Assembly: GCA_013359345.1 (NCBI GenBank)
Contig: JABWCA010000002.1
Span: forward strand, 740-64,739
Length of the DNA stretch: 64,000 nucleotides
Direction: 5' to 3'
Source: Ignavibacteriaceae bacterium
GTDB taxonomy: Bacteria > Bacteroidota > Ignavibacteria > Ignavibacteriales > Ignavibacteriaceae
Position 1 is the first letter of the stretch. Each line of letters starts with the position of its first letter. The translations under genes were made by a program, and so were the position numbers. Below are positions 42,679 through 51,627 of this stretch, one piece after another. The notes under the pieces are model-generated. The model worked only from the letters and a program-made list of their open reading frames with translations. It was not told the DNA's origin and ran no database searches.

Positions 42679-45300
42679 ATGGCATTTAACTTTAATAAAC
42701 TTACAATAAAAGCACAGGAAATGGTGCAGGAAGCTATTGAAACTGCACAGAATTATCAGAATCAGGTAATTGAACCGCTTCACATACTGGCGGCAATGAT
42801 TCATGAACGCAGTGGTATAACTGATTCAATAATCAAAAAAACAGGAGCAAACACTGACCGGCTCAGAATAAATGTGGCCGGCGCGCTTGAAAAGCTATCT
42901 AAGGTATCGGGAAGCACAGTTGGGCAGGCATCGCTCTCGTCGAACTCGGCGGTATTATTTGATAAAGCAGCCAAAGAAGCTTCGGCGCTTAAAGATGAGT
43001 TTATTTCCACGGAACATATACTGCTTTCTCTTACAACTGATAGTTCGCAGGCAGGAGAGCTTCTGCGTGAAACGGATGTCACCAAAGATTTTGTGATGAA
43101 GGCGCTTAAGGACGTCAGAGGCAGCGCAAGAGTGACTAATCAGAATGCTGAAGATACTTACCAGTCGCTTAAAAAGTTCGGACGCAACCTTAATTCTCTT
43201 GCGCGCGAAGGTAAACTGGATCCCGTGATAGGGCGTGAAGACGAAATAAGAAGGGTGATGCAGGTTCTGTCAAGAAGAACAAAAAATAACCCTGTCCTGA
43301 TTGGTGAGCCCGGGGTTGGTAAAACCGCCATAGCAGAGGGCATTGCGCAGAGAATTGTATCGGGAGATGCACCTGAAACACTTAAAACGCGTGAAATAGT
43401 GGCGCTTGATATGGGAGCGCTTATTGCGGGAACGCAGTTCAGAGGCCAGTTTGAGGAGCGCCTTAAGGCAGTGATCAAGGAGATTCAGGATTCAAACGGA
43501 CAGGTGATTCTGTTTATTGATGAGCTGCATACGCTTGTGGGAGCCGGCAAGACAGAGGGCGCAATGGATGCTGCAAACATTCTGAAACCCGCCCTTGCAA
43601 GAGGCGAACTGCACTGCATAGGTGCCACGACACTGAATGAGTATAAAAAATACATAGAAAAGGATGCTGCCCTTGAAAGAAGATTTCAGCAGGTGCTTGT
43701 TTCTGAGCCCAATGAAGAGGATTCAATCTCGATTTTAAGGGGTCTGAAGGAAAAATATGAGGTTCATCATGGTGTCAGGATAACAGACGGCGCCATAGTT
43801 TCGGCCGTGCAGCTTTCCCAGCGCTATATAACCGACAGATTTCTGCCGGATAAAGCCATAGATCTTATAGATGAAGCGGCATCAAGACTCAGAATTGAGA
43901 TTGATTCAATGCCCGAGGAGCTGGATAATTACGAAAGAAAGATAAAACAGCTTGAAATAGAGCGCGAAGCTTTGAGGCGGGAGAGTGACGAGGCAAGTAA
44001 AAAGCGTCTGACAGACCTGGAAGCAGAGCTGGCTGAGTTAAGCGAAACCAGAAATCAGATAAAACTTCAGTGGGCAGGTGAAAAAGAAAGAATTCAGCGT
44101 ATAAGAACAATAAAATCAGAGATAGAACAGTATAAATCTCAGGCTGAAATTCTTGAAAGAGAAGGTAATCTGGGCAAGGTTGCAGAGATAAGATACGGTA
44201 CACTTATAAATCTTGAACGTGAACTCAAAAAGGAAACGGAGGAGCTGAGCAGGCTCAAAAAGGAAAAACATTTCCTTAAAGAAGAAGTTGAATCGGAAGA
44301 AATAGCCGGAATTGTATCAAAATGGACAGGAATTCCCGTATCGAAAATGCTGGAATCTGAGCGCCAGAAGCTTCTCGGACTCGAAAAACAGCTTCACGGA
44401 AGGGTTGTGGGTCAGGATGAAGCGGTATCTGTTGTAGCAAACGCGATAAGAAGATCAAGAGCCGGGCTTCAGGACAGTAACCGTCCCATCGGCTCCTTTA
44501 TTTTTCTGGGAACCACAGGGGTGGGTAAAACTGAGCTTGCAAGAGCGTTGGCGCAGGCACTTTTTGACGATGATCATGCCATGGTGCGTATAGACATGTC
44601 TGAATATATGGAAAAGCATGCTGTTTCAAGGCTGATTGGCGCTCCTCCCGGCTACATCGGATATGAAGAAGGCGGTCAGTTAACCGAGGCGATAAGAAGA
44701 AGACCCTATTCTGTGATTCTTCTTGATGAGATAGAAAAGGCGCATCCGGATGTCTATAATATTCTGCTTCAGGTGCTTGATGACGGAAGGCTGACAGATA
44801 ATCAGGGGCGTACTGTAAATTTCAAAAATACGATCATAATAATGACTTCAAATCTCGGTTCACATCTTATTCAGGATAAACTCTTCACTCTTGAAAACGA
44901 TGATGCAATTGATGCAGCCATGGGTGAACTGAGGGCACAGATGAGTGAGATGCTCAGAAAAACCATCAGACCGGAGTTTTTGAACAGAATAGACGAGGTT
45001 GTTCTTTTCAAGCCGCTTAAGAGAAAAGAAATAAGAGGAATTGTTGAAATACAGCTGAATCATCTGTTTGCCATGCTCAGAGGAAGAGAAATAACCCTGA
45101 AAGTTGATGAGGAAGTTATGGACTGGCTGGGTGATCTGGGTTATGATATATCGTTTGGGGCGCGTCCCTTAAAGCGTACTATTCAGAAATATATCATTAA
45201 TCCGCTTTCACAGGAACTGATTGCAGGTAACATTTCTGACGGCGACTCAGTAAGGGTGAGTCTCACTGATTTCGGCAGGATTCAGTTCACAAAGGAATAG
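42679..45300 (+). CDS. clpB: ATP-dependent chaperone ClpB
   Basis: Clp N-domain, NBD1 GEPGVGKTA, a long coiled-coil middle domain, NBD2 GTTGVGKTE and the sensor-2 region GARPLKR. 873 aa. Confidence 0.97.
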   Translation: MAFNFNKLTIKAQEMVQEAIETAQNYQNQVIEPLHILAAMIHERSGITDSIIKKTGANTDRLRINVAGALEKLSKVSGSTVGQASLSSNSAVLFDKAAKEASALKDEFISTEHILLSLTTDSSQAGELLRETDVTKDFVMKALKDVRGSARVTNQNAEDTYQSLKKFGRNLNSLAREGKLDPVIGREDEIRRVMQVLSRRTKNNPVLIGEPGVGKTAIAEGIAQRIVSGDAPETLKTREIVALDMGALIAGTQFRGQFEERLKAVIKEIQDSNGQVILFIDELHTLVGAGKTEGAMDAANILKPALARGELHCIGATTLNEYKKYIEKDAALERRFQQVLVSEPNEEDSISILRGLKEKYEVHHGVRITDGAIVSAVQLSQRYITDRFLPDKAIDLIDEAASRLRIEIDSMPEELDNYERKIKQLEIEREALRRESDEASKKRLTDLEAELAELSETRNQIKLQWAGEKERIQRIRTIKSEIEQYKSQAEILEREGNLGKVAEIRYGTLINLERELKKETEELSRLKKEKHFLKEEVESEEIAGIVSKWTGIPVSKMLESERQKLLGLEKQLHGRVVGQDEAVSVVANAIRRSRAGLQDSNRPIGSFIFLGTTGVGKTELARALAQALFDDDHAMVRIDMSEYMEKHAVSRLIGAPPGYIGYEEGGQLTEAIRRRPYSVILLDEIEKAHPDVYNILLQVLDDGRLTDNQGRTVNFKNTIIIMTSNLGSHLIQDKLFTLENDDAIDAAMGELRAQMSEMLRKTIRPEFLNRIDEVVLFKPLKRKEIRGIVEIQLNHLFAMLRGREITLKVDEEVMDWLGDLGYDISFGARPLKRTIQKYIINPLSQELIAGNISDGDSVRVSLTDFGRIQFTKE

Positions 45301-45401
45301 TACATTTAATCAGTAATTAATGCCGTTTGTAACATTAAAAAGACTTTAACAGACGGCATAGCTATCTTTGTACCAGATAATTATTAATTCAGAGGTGCAA
45401 A

Positions 45402-46319
45402 ATGAAAACGGTAAGGAACTCATTAACAATTCGTCTTTCAGCTTTGATTCTTCCAATGCTGTTATTTGTTGCCTGTTCAACAAATACGGTGGCAGATGAT
45501 GTAAAAGTTATTGCAAAAGGCGAGTATACCGTTTCCGCAGGCGGCAATCTTAAGGTAAGCGCCCCGAGCGGTAATGTGACCATTAATTCATGGAATCAGA
45601 ACAAGGTTGAAGTGAAAGTATACGGCAATGAAGTTGCTGAAAAGTATATTGATACACGCCTGGTTCAGGATGGAAATGATATAACGGTAAAGCTTGAATG
45701 GAAAGGCGGAAACAATTACGGCAGAAATCTTGAAATAAGTGTTTCAGTTAACGTGCCGGAAAAGTATAACACCAAAGTGAATACTGCCGGCGGAAATCTG
45801 AGCCTCACAAATATCAGCGGAGACCATAGCCTGACCACCGCGGGCGGAAATATTTCACTTTCCGGAATGAGCGGAACAATGAACTCAACCACCGCAGGAG
45901 GAAATATTTCTGTAAGCAAATTTACAGGTGAACTGAAGGCAACCACCGCGGGCGGAAACATTTCCCTCTCCGGTGTAAAAGGTGATACAAAAGTATCAAC
46001 CGCAGGCGGCAATATGGACATTGAAGTTGCTGACGGTGAAGTTGAAGCAGCAACCGCAGGCGGAGAAGTTACAATGCGCTATTCAGGAACGGTAAAAGGA
46101 ATTGATATTGCCACCATGGGCGGTGATATTGATCTTTATCTCCCTTCGGACGCAAAAGTAACCCTTAAATGCGCGACAATGTCGGGCGAAGTTAATACTG
46201 CATTCTCAGGAGATTTCAAAAAGACCGAGACAAGCCTGAAAGGTGATATTAACGGCGGCGGAGCAAAAGTTGAATGCTCAACCATGGGCGGAGATATCAG
46301 GATTAAAAAAGGATCATAA
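45402..46319 (+). CDS. DUF4097-type beta-repeat lipoprotein (putative adhesin / LiaG-YvlB-like)
   Basis: Lipobox LLFVAC|S. Reiterated units ..TAGGNISLS.., ..TTAGGNISVS.., ..STAGGNMDIE.. and ..TMGGDI.. are typical of DUF4097. Confidence 0.7.
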   Translation: MKTVRNSLTIRLSALILPMLLFVACSTNTVADDVKVIAKGEYTVSAGGNLKVSAPSGNVTINSWNQNKVEVKVYGNEVAEKYIDTRLVQDGNDITVKLEWKGGNNYGRNLEISVSVNVPEKYNTKVNTAGGNLSLTNISGDHSLTTAGGNISLSGMSGTMNSTTAGGNISVSKFTGELKATTAGGNISLSGVKGDTKVSTAGGNMDIEVADGEVEAATAGGEVTMRYSGTVKGIDIATMGGDIDLYLPSDAKVTLKCATMSGEVNTAFSGDFKKTETSLKGDINGGGAKVECSTMGGDIRIKKGS

Positions 46320-46338
46320 GTTACACACTCCGGAAAAA

Positions 46339-46365
46339 GGGAGACAAGTTGTCTCCCTTTTTTTT
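46339..46365 (+). terminator. Intrinsic terminator after the DUF4097 gene
   Basis: GGGAGAC-aagtt-GTCTCCC followed by T8. Confidence 0.75.
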
Positions 46366-46920
46366 GTCCACGCCCTGATTTAAGCACCTCTGCAGAACTA
46401 CCATCCAATCAGAATTTTCTGACCCCCGGTATCCGGTATCAAAGAAAAAAAAGATAAATGCATTTTATAACAACAAAAGTGTTAATGACCTTTCAATATG
46501 TTAACGATAACAAAAGGCATTTGCCGAAGCGGGTGTTTACAAAGGTTTGTTATGACGGCAGCAAAACGTGCTGTTATAAGGTATAAAATTACATATTGCC
46601 ATTCGGGGGAAGCTTCCACCGAATAGTTAACCAACGTTAAAATGCGCATTTTGAGGATAATGTAAAATTTTTTGCAGTCAGCTGAAGCAATCGGCAGGAA
46701 TATACGGCCTTAAAATTAAATCAGGTCTTGTGATCACACAACAGGGTTGTTCAGAAGTTCACAGTGATTTGCCACAGCGAATTCAGAAGCCACCCGCTTA
46801 GAGAGCAGTAAACATCAGCAATCCTGCGAGCAGTATCTTTCAGTTGCTGCATCCTGAATCAACAATCTCGTTTATCCTCATTTTCCAGTTTAATACTGCT
46901 TAAAGAAGCACCACGCACTC

Positions 46921-47051
46921 CTGCACAAAGAACGTTTTACCCGTCTGAGCTGCTTAACTAAGTACACAGCACGCCAGCACGAAGAACGTAGTACCCGTCT
47001 GAGCTGCTTAACTAAGTACGCAGCACACCTGCACGAAGAACGGTTTACCCT
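46921..47051. repeat. 54-bp tandem repeat, about 2.4 copies
   Basis: Unit 1 spans 46921-46974 and unit 2 spans 46975-47028. They match at 48 of 54 positions by hand alignment. A partial third unit runs from 47029 and matches for about 23 nt. The shared core is GAAGAACGnnnTACCCGTCTGAGCTGCTTAACTAAGTAC. Confidence 0.85.
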
Positions 47052-47089
47052 GTGCTTCACGATAACTTTTTACACAGAATCAGCAGATA

Positions 47090-48475
47090 CTATTTCAGCA
47101 GAATCATCTTCTTGGTATCGGTGAAAGTTCCTGCCTGAATCTGATAATAGTACACACCGGAAGGCAGGTGAGATGCATTGATTTCAATTTCATTTTCACC
47201 CGGTTGTTTTTCTTCATTCACAACCGACATGACAAGTTTTCCCGCAGCATCAAAAATCTTAAGTTCAACATAAAGCAGACCGGGCCCGGCTTTGAGGCTT
47301 TTTAACTCCGGCACGGTGAACCGTATCTTTGTAACAGGATTAAAAGGATTGGGATAGTTCTGCGATAATTCAAAATCTGAGGGAGCGGCAGGATTTTCTT
47401 TCACTCCGGTGGAAAGCTGACCTGTGTATTTATAGATGGTCTGTCCCGAGGCAAACCCTGAAAGCTCATTGATAAAGAAAAACCTGTTAATCCTGACCCC
47501 GAAATTAGCGGGTTCCCAGGTGTCGCCGCCATTGGTGGACATCAGTGTGGTCTGAATGCTGTTGCCCCCTATCCATCCGAGAGTATCATTAACAAATCCG
47601 ATCCCCTGCGAATAGTAGTTGGTCGGGTAGAACTGCTTTTCGAAAAATGAGGTACCCCCGTCAGTTGTCTTAATAAAATTGCAGGGAGATCCCTGATTTC
47701 TCTGCAGGGAGATGTAACCGGTGTTTCTTGAGGGAAATGAAATTTTCCAGCACCATTCACCTGCACGGGATGACGAGTATTTTGTGCTCCAGTTTTCACC
47801 GCCATCAGTAGTATACAACACCACTCCTCTTGACTGTGCGTGCTCAGAGTTTGTTAAACCAACCGCAATCCCGGTATCAGGGCTGAAAAAATGAACATCA
47901 ACAAGTCCTGCGGCCAGAGATGACATATCTTTTGATGTCCAAGATAAACCGCCATCGGTGCTCTTCATAAAGACGCTCGGGCCTCTCACCCTGCCTACCG
48001 CAAATACGAGATTGCTGTCAAGGGCATGCATTCCGCAGACACCCCTGCCAAGCGGACCGCTGATATTTGTAACCGGTCTCCATGTTGTACCGCCGTCAGA
48101 GGTTCTGTATATCAAGGTAGGATCTGTAATGGAAGCTCCGCCGTATTCATCGGGTCCCAGATTACCAAGAAATCCGATACGCTCATTACCAAAAGCCACG
48201 CTTCTGAAAAAGGTTGAATCACTGTAGAACATACGCGTCCAGGTAACCCCGGCATTGGTTGTTCTGTGAGCCTCACGCGCTCCCGAAGCGGTAAAACCCA
48301 GCTGAGGAGTAACAAAAACGAGATCATTTTTCCTTGAACCGAAAGGGGCGTTAGGAACATCGCTCCACGAGGGGATGATCTGTGAATAAATTAAACAGGT
48401 GCTTAAGAAAAAAAGAGCTGTAAAAAGAGAAATTCTCATTATAAATCCATTATAAAAATTAATCGGTGTAAACAT
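47090..48475 (-). CDS. Secreted BNR/Asp-box beta-propeller (Ycf48/photosystem-II-stability-factor-like fold) with T9SS C-terminal domain
   Basis: Signal peptide. Asp-boxes TSDGGTTW, STDGGLSW, TTDGGENW, TTDGGTSF and STNGGDTW. The C-terminus ..LSQNYPNPFNPVTKIRF..GVYYYQI.. has the form of a sorting domain. Confidence 0.75.
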   Translation of the reverse strand: MFTPINFYNGFIMRISLFTALFFLSTCLIYSQIIPSWSDVPNAPFGSRKNDLVFVTPQLGFTASGAREAHRTTNAGVTWTRMFYSDSTFFRSVAFGNERIGFLGNLGPDEYGGASITDPTLIYRTSDGGTTWRPVTNISGPLGRGVCGMHALDSNLVFAVGRVRGPSVFMKSTDGGLSWTSKDMSSLAAGLVDVHFFSPDTGIAVGLTNSEHAQSRGVVLYTTDGGENWSTKYSSSRAGEWCWKISFPSRNTGYISLQRNQGSPCNFIKTTDGGTSFFEKQFYPTNYYSQGIGFVNDTLGWIGGNSIQTTLMSTNGGDTWEPANFGVRINRFFFINELSGFASGQTIYKYTGQLSTGVKENPAAPSDFELSQNYPNPFNPVTKIRFTVPELKSLKAGPGLLYVELKIFDAAGKLVMSVVNEEKQPGENEIEINASHLPSGVYYYQIQAGTFTDTKKMILLK

Positions 48476-48759
48476 AAAATAGGAATAAATATGATCAATG
48501 GCTATATCCCGGATTTAATCTGAGAAGAGTTATAAGTAAGCCTGAGGGAACAGAGCTGAAGAATCGGGTTGAAGACGTTAATAAGATGTGATAAAAGTCG
48601 GTAAAAGCGCAAAAAGAGCTCAAAAAATGCGCAATAAGTTCAGAGTCTGTCAATTTTTGATTAAATTAATTCTGTCTGATAAAAATTTGCTTTATTACAG
48701 CCACGGCATCAGAAAATTAACAGAATGCACAATCACGGTAACAGAAAACCTGGTGAAAA

Positions 48760-49224
48760 TTGACTGAAAAAAAACAGCTCCTTTTATTCCGGAACGAAGG
48801 AAAACTGCTTGCCACGGATATCGAAAATGTTATTCGAGTACTGAAGGCGGTTTTCATAACCCCTCTTCCTGATGCACCGCAGCATTTACGGGGAATCATC
48901 AGATACGGGGAGGAGGTTTTGCCGGTCATAGATGTATCTGTTAAACTGGGCGGGGCGAAAAAGAAAGTTGATTTATCAGACAATATAATACTGATTAAGA
49001 ACAGCAGAGGAAAGTTTGCACTGCTGGTTGATGAAGTTGAAGGTATCACGACCGCCGGAGAGCTTACAGGTGATGAAAAGACCTTCTCTAAAGGTGACCT
49101 GATAAAGGGTGTGGCGGTTTCGGGTGAGGAGTTAGTGTTCCTTGGTGATTCAGAAAAGTTCTTCATTGAAAGCGACCGTGTTCTGGTTGATGAGGCAGCA
49201 GAAAAAGTGACGGTAAGGTTGTAA
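48760..49224 (+). CDS. cheW: CheW-like coupling protein
   Basis: 154 aa (TTG start). ..LLLFRNEGKLLATDIENVIRVL....PLPDAPQHLRGIIRYGEEVLPVIDV.. is a typical CheW domain. Confidence 0.85.
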   Translation: MTEKKQLLLFRNEGKLLATDIENVIRVLKAVFITPLPDAPQHLRGIIRYGEEVLPVIDVSVKLGGAKKKVDLSDNIILIKNSRGKFALLVDEVEGITTAGELTGDEKTFSKGDLIKGVAVSGEELVFLGDSEKFFIESDRVLVDEAAEKVTVRL

Positions 49225-49842
49225 ATGGGAGACAAAGGAACTGATATCACAAAAAACCTGCAGAGTAAAATCAAGCGACTTAAAGAGGAACTGAAATATA
49301 TTACTCTTTCAGGCAGGGAATATTCTGATTCAGAAACGGAAAGCATACTCAGGAAACGTGCCGCGGAGCTGTATGAATCGGGTTTTGAAAATACTGAATC
49401 TGAAAACGGAACTGAGGCAATAGTATTTAAGACCGGTAACGAAACCTACGCGGTTGATACAAACTATCTTTCGGAAGTGTTTCCTTTCAGAGAGATAACC
49501 AAGATTCCTTGCACGCCTGCATATATTCTGGGAGTGGTTAATTACCGTGGCAAAATAATATCGGTTACTGACCTGAAAAAGCTGTTTGACATTCAGGGTG
49601 ACTTTCTGAATGAAAAAAACAGGATTCTGATCCTGAAAAAGGATAAGATGGAGCTGGGTGTTTTTGCAGACGAAGTTATCGGGATGATTTTAATTGATGA
49701 AGATAAGCTGCAGAGGTCTCTTTCGTCTCTGAAAGGAATCAGGGAGCGGTATCTCAAAGGCATAACCCCTGAAAGAATTGTTTATCTTGATGCAGGCAAA
49801 CTGCTGGGGGATCCAAAACTGATTGTGAACGAAACCATTTAA
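49225..49842 (+). CDS. cheW: CheW-like coupling protein with an N-terminal extension of about 60 aa
   Basis: ..AIVFKTGNETYAVDTNYLSEVFPF..ITKIPCTPAYILGVVNYRGKIISVTDL... Confidence 0.85.
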   Translation: MGDKGTDITKNLQSKIKRLKEELKYITLSGREYSDSETESILRKRAAELYESGFENTESENGTEAIVFKTGNETYAVDTNYLSEVFPFREITKIPCTPAYILGVVNYRGKIISVTDLKKLFDIQGDFLNEKNRILILKKDKMELGVFADEVIGMILIDEDKLQRSLSSLKGIRERYLKGITPERIVYLDAGKLLGDPKLIVNETI

Positions 49843-49863
49843 TAAAGCAATAGATGCGGAGAA

Positions 49864-51618
49864 ATGATGAAATTCTTTAATAATCTGAGCACAAAAATAA
49901 AACTGTTTGTCAGCTTCGGAGTTATCATAGTGATTTTTATATCACTGGAGCTTAACAAGACATTTCAGACCGATGTTATCTGGGAAAAACAGCAGAAGAT
50001 CTCTGAACAGTACTTTGAAGAAGTGATAAAGATCTCCAGCATAAAAACCAATCTTGATAAAATTAAAACCTCCGGTCTTGAACTTGTTCTTTCATCTGAG
50101 ATGGATGCAAATGTGAAAGTTGCTGAAATACAGAATATTGCGCTGCTTCTTGAATTTGAGAGTCAGAACCTGCTGCAGACCATCAGCCCTTCTTCCGCAT
50201 ATTCGGATGAGGTAAGAGCCCTGCTGAGTGAAATTAAAATTTATGCAGATCAGTTTAACCTTGAAATCATCCCCCTGGTTAAATCGGGTAAAAGCGCAGA
50301 CGCAATAAGGCTGGAGCAGAAATACCGCAATGAAACAAACACAAAACTCAGCAAGCTTGTTGACACGATAATAAATTCAATAAAAAATGAAACCGGCACA
50401 AACCTCACGCAGAGCAGAATAGATCTTGACAGAACCGAGTTCATTTCACTTATTCTGATGCTGGTTTCAATACTTCTCAGCATTTATCTTGTGATCTTCT
50501 TAAACAGCTCAATATCCGCACCGCTGAAAAAAATTGCTTACGATTCAGACAAGCTTGCACAGGGTGATCTGGATGTGAGCCTTGAATCAGAAAAGAGAGC
50601 TGATGAAATAGGCACGCTCACCGAAAGTTTTGGCAAAATGATCAGTTCGCTTCAGGATGTGGCTTCCTTTGCCGGAAGAATTGCCAAAGGTGATCTTACG
50701 GCAAAGCTGGATTCAAGATCAGAGAGAGATATTCTTGCCAATTCACTCAACATGATGGCAGAAAATCTGAAAAATATCACAAAAGAACTTCTGCAGGCAG
50801 TGAGCGTTGTTTCATCTTCATCTTCAGAAATTCTGGCGGGCACATCTCAGCTTTCGGCAACCGCAACAGAAACAGCCACTGCTGTGAGTGAAACCACGGC
50901 AACAGTTGAAGAAGTGAAACAAACCTCATTTGTAACGCGCAACAAGGCGAAATTTGTAGCAGAAATCTCACAGAAAGCGGTTGAAGTTTCGATCTCGGGA
51001 AAAGATTCAACCCAGGCAACAATTGAAGGAATTCATAAGATCGGCACTCAGATGGAGATGATAGCAGAGAGCATTATCAAGCTGAGTGAACAGAGCCGAG
51101 CCATCGCTGAAATAATATCTGTCGTTAAGGATATCGCCGAGCAGACCAACCTTCTTGCGGTTAATGCTTCAATTGAAGCCGCAAGAGCAGGAGAACAAGG
51201 AAAAGGCTTTGTTGTGGTTGCTCAGGAAATCAAGAGTCTTGCCGATCAGTCGAAACTGGCCACTACTCAGGTAAGAACAATTCTTAATGAAATCCAGAAC
51301 GCCATCTCGGCAACAGTAATGGCAACAGAGCAGGGCAGCAAGACCGTTGAAGCAGGAATAAAGCAATCAACCATTGCGGGTGATTCAATAAGAACCCTCA
51401 CAGATACAATTGAAGAAGCCGCACAGGCAGCATTTCAGATTGAGGCATCAAGCCAGCAGCAGTTTCTCGGTATGGATCAGGTGGTTGCAGCCATGGAAAA
51501 TATTAAAGTTGCAAGCTCACAGAATGCATCAACCACACATCAGCTTGAAGGCTCGGTGCAGAATCTGAAATCGCTTGGTGAAAATCTCAGAAAACTTACG
51601 GATCAATTCAAAGTTTAG
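49864..51618 (+). CDS. Methyl-accepting chemotaxis protein (two TM segments, periplasmic helical sensor, HAMP, signalling domain)
   Basis: Conserved signalling hairpin ..QTNLLAVNASIEAARAGEQGKGFVVVAQEIKSLA.. and a HAMP region after TM2 (..SAPLKKIAYDSDKLAQGDLDV..). Confidence 0.93.
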   Translation: MMKFFNNLSTKIKLFVSFGVIIVIFISLELNKTFQTDVIWEKQQKISEQYFEEVIKISSIKTNLDKIKTSGLELVLSSEMDANVKVAEIQNIALLLEFESQNLLQTISPSSAYSDEVRALLSEIKIYADQFNLEIIPLVKSGKSADAIRLEQKYRNETNTKLSKLVDTIINSIKNETGTNLTQSRIDLDRTEFISLILMLVSILLSIYLVIFLNSSISAPLKKIAYDSDKLAQGDLDVSLESEKRADEIGTLTESFGKMISSLQDVASFAGRIAKGDLTAKLDSRSERDILANSLNMMAENLKNITKELLQAVSVVSSSSSEILAGTSQLSATATETATAVSETTATVEEVKQTSFVTRNKAKFVAEISQKAVEVSISGKDSTQATIEGIHKIGTQMEMIAESIIKLSEQSRAIAEIISVVKDIAEQTNLLAVNASIEAARAGEQGKGFVVVAQEIKSLADQSKLATTQVRTILNEIQNAISATVMATEQGSKTVEAGIKQSTIAGDSIRTLTDTIEEAAQAAFQIEASSQQQFLGMDQVVAAMENIKVASSQNASTTHQLEGSVQNLKSLGENLRKLTDQFKV

Positions 51619-51627
51619 GTCTGAATA

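Noticed and set aside
46921-47051. Possible CRISPR or integron attC array
   Set aside because: These are head-to-tail 54-bp repeats without spacers or cassette ORFs. There is no integrase or cas gene nearby.
48717-49346. 209-aa ORF antisense to both cheW genes
   Set aside because: It overlaps two well-supported CheW domains on the other strand. Its Ser/Phe-rich sequence has no motifs.
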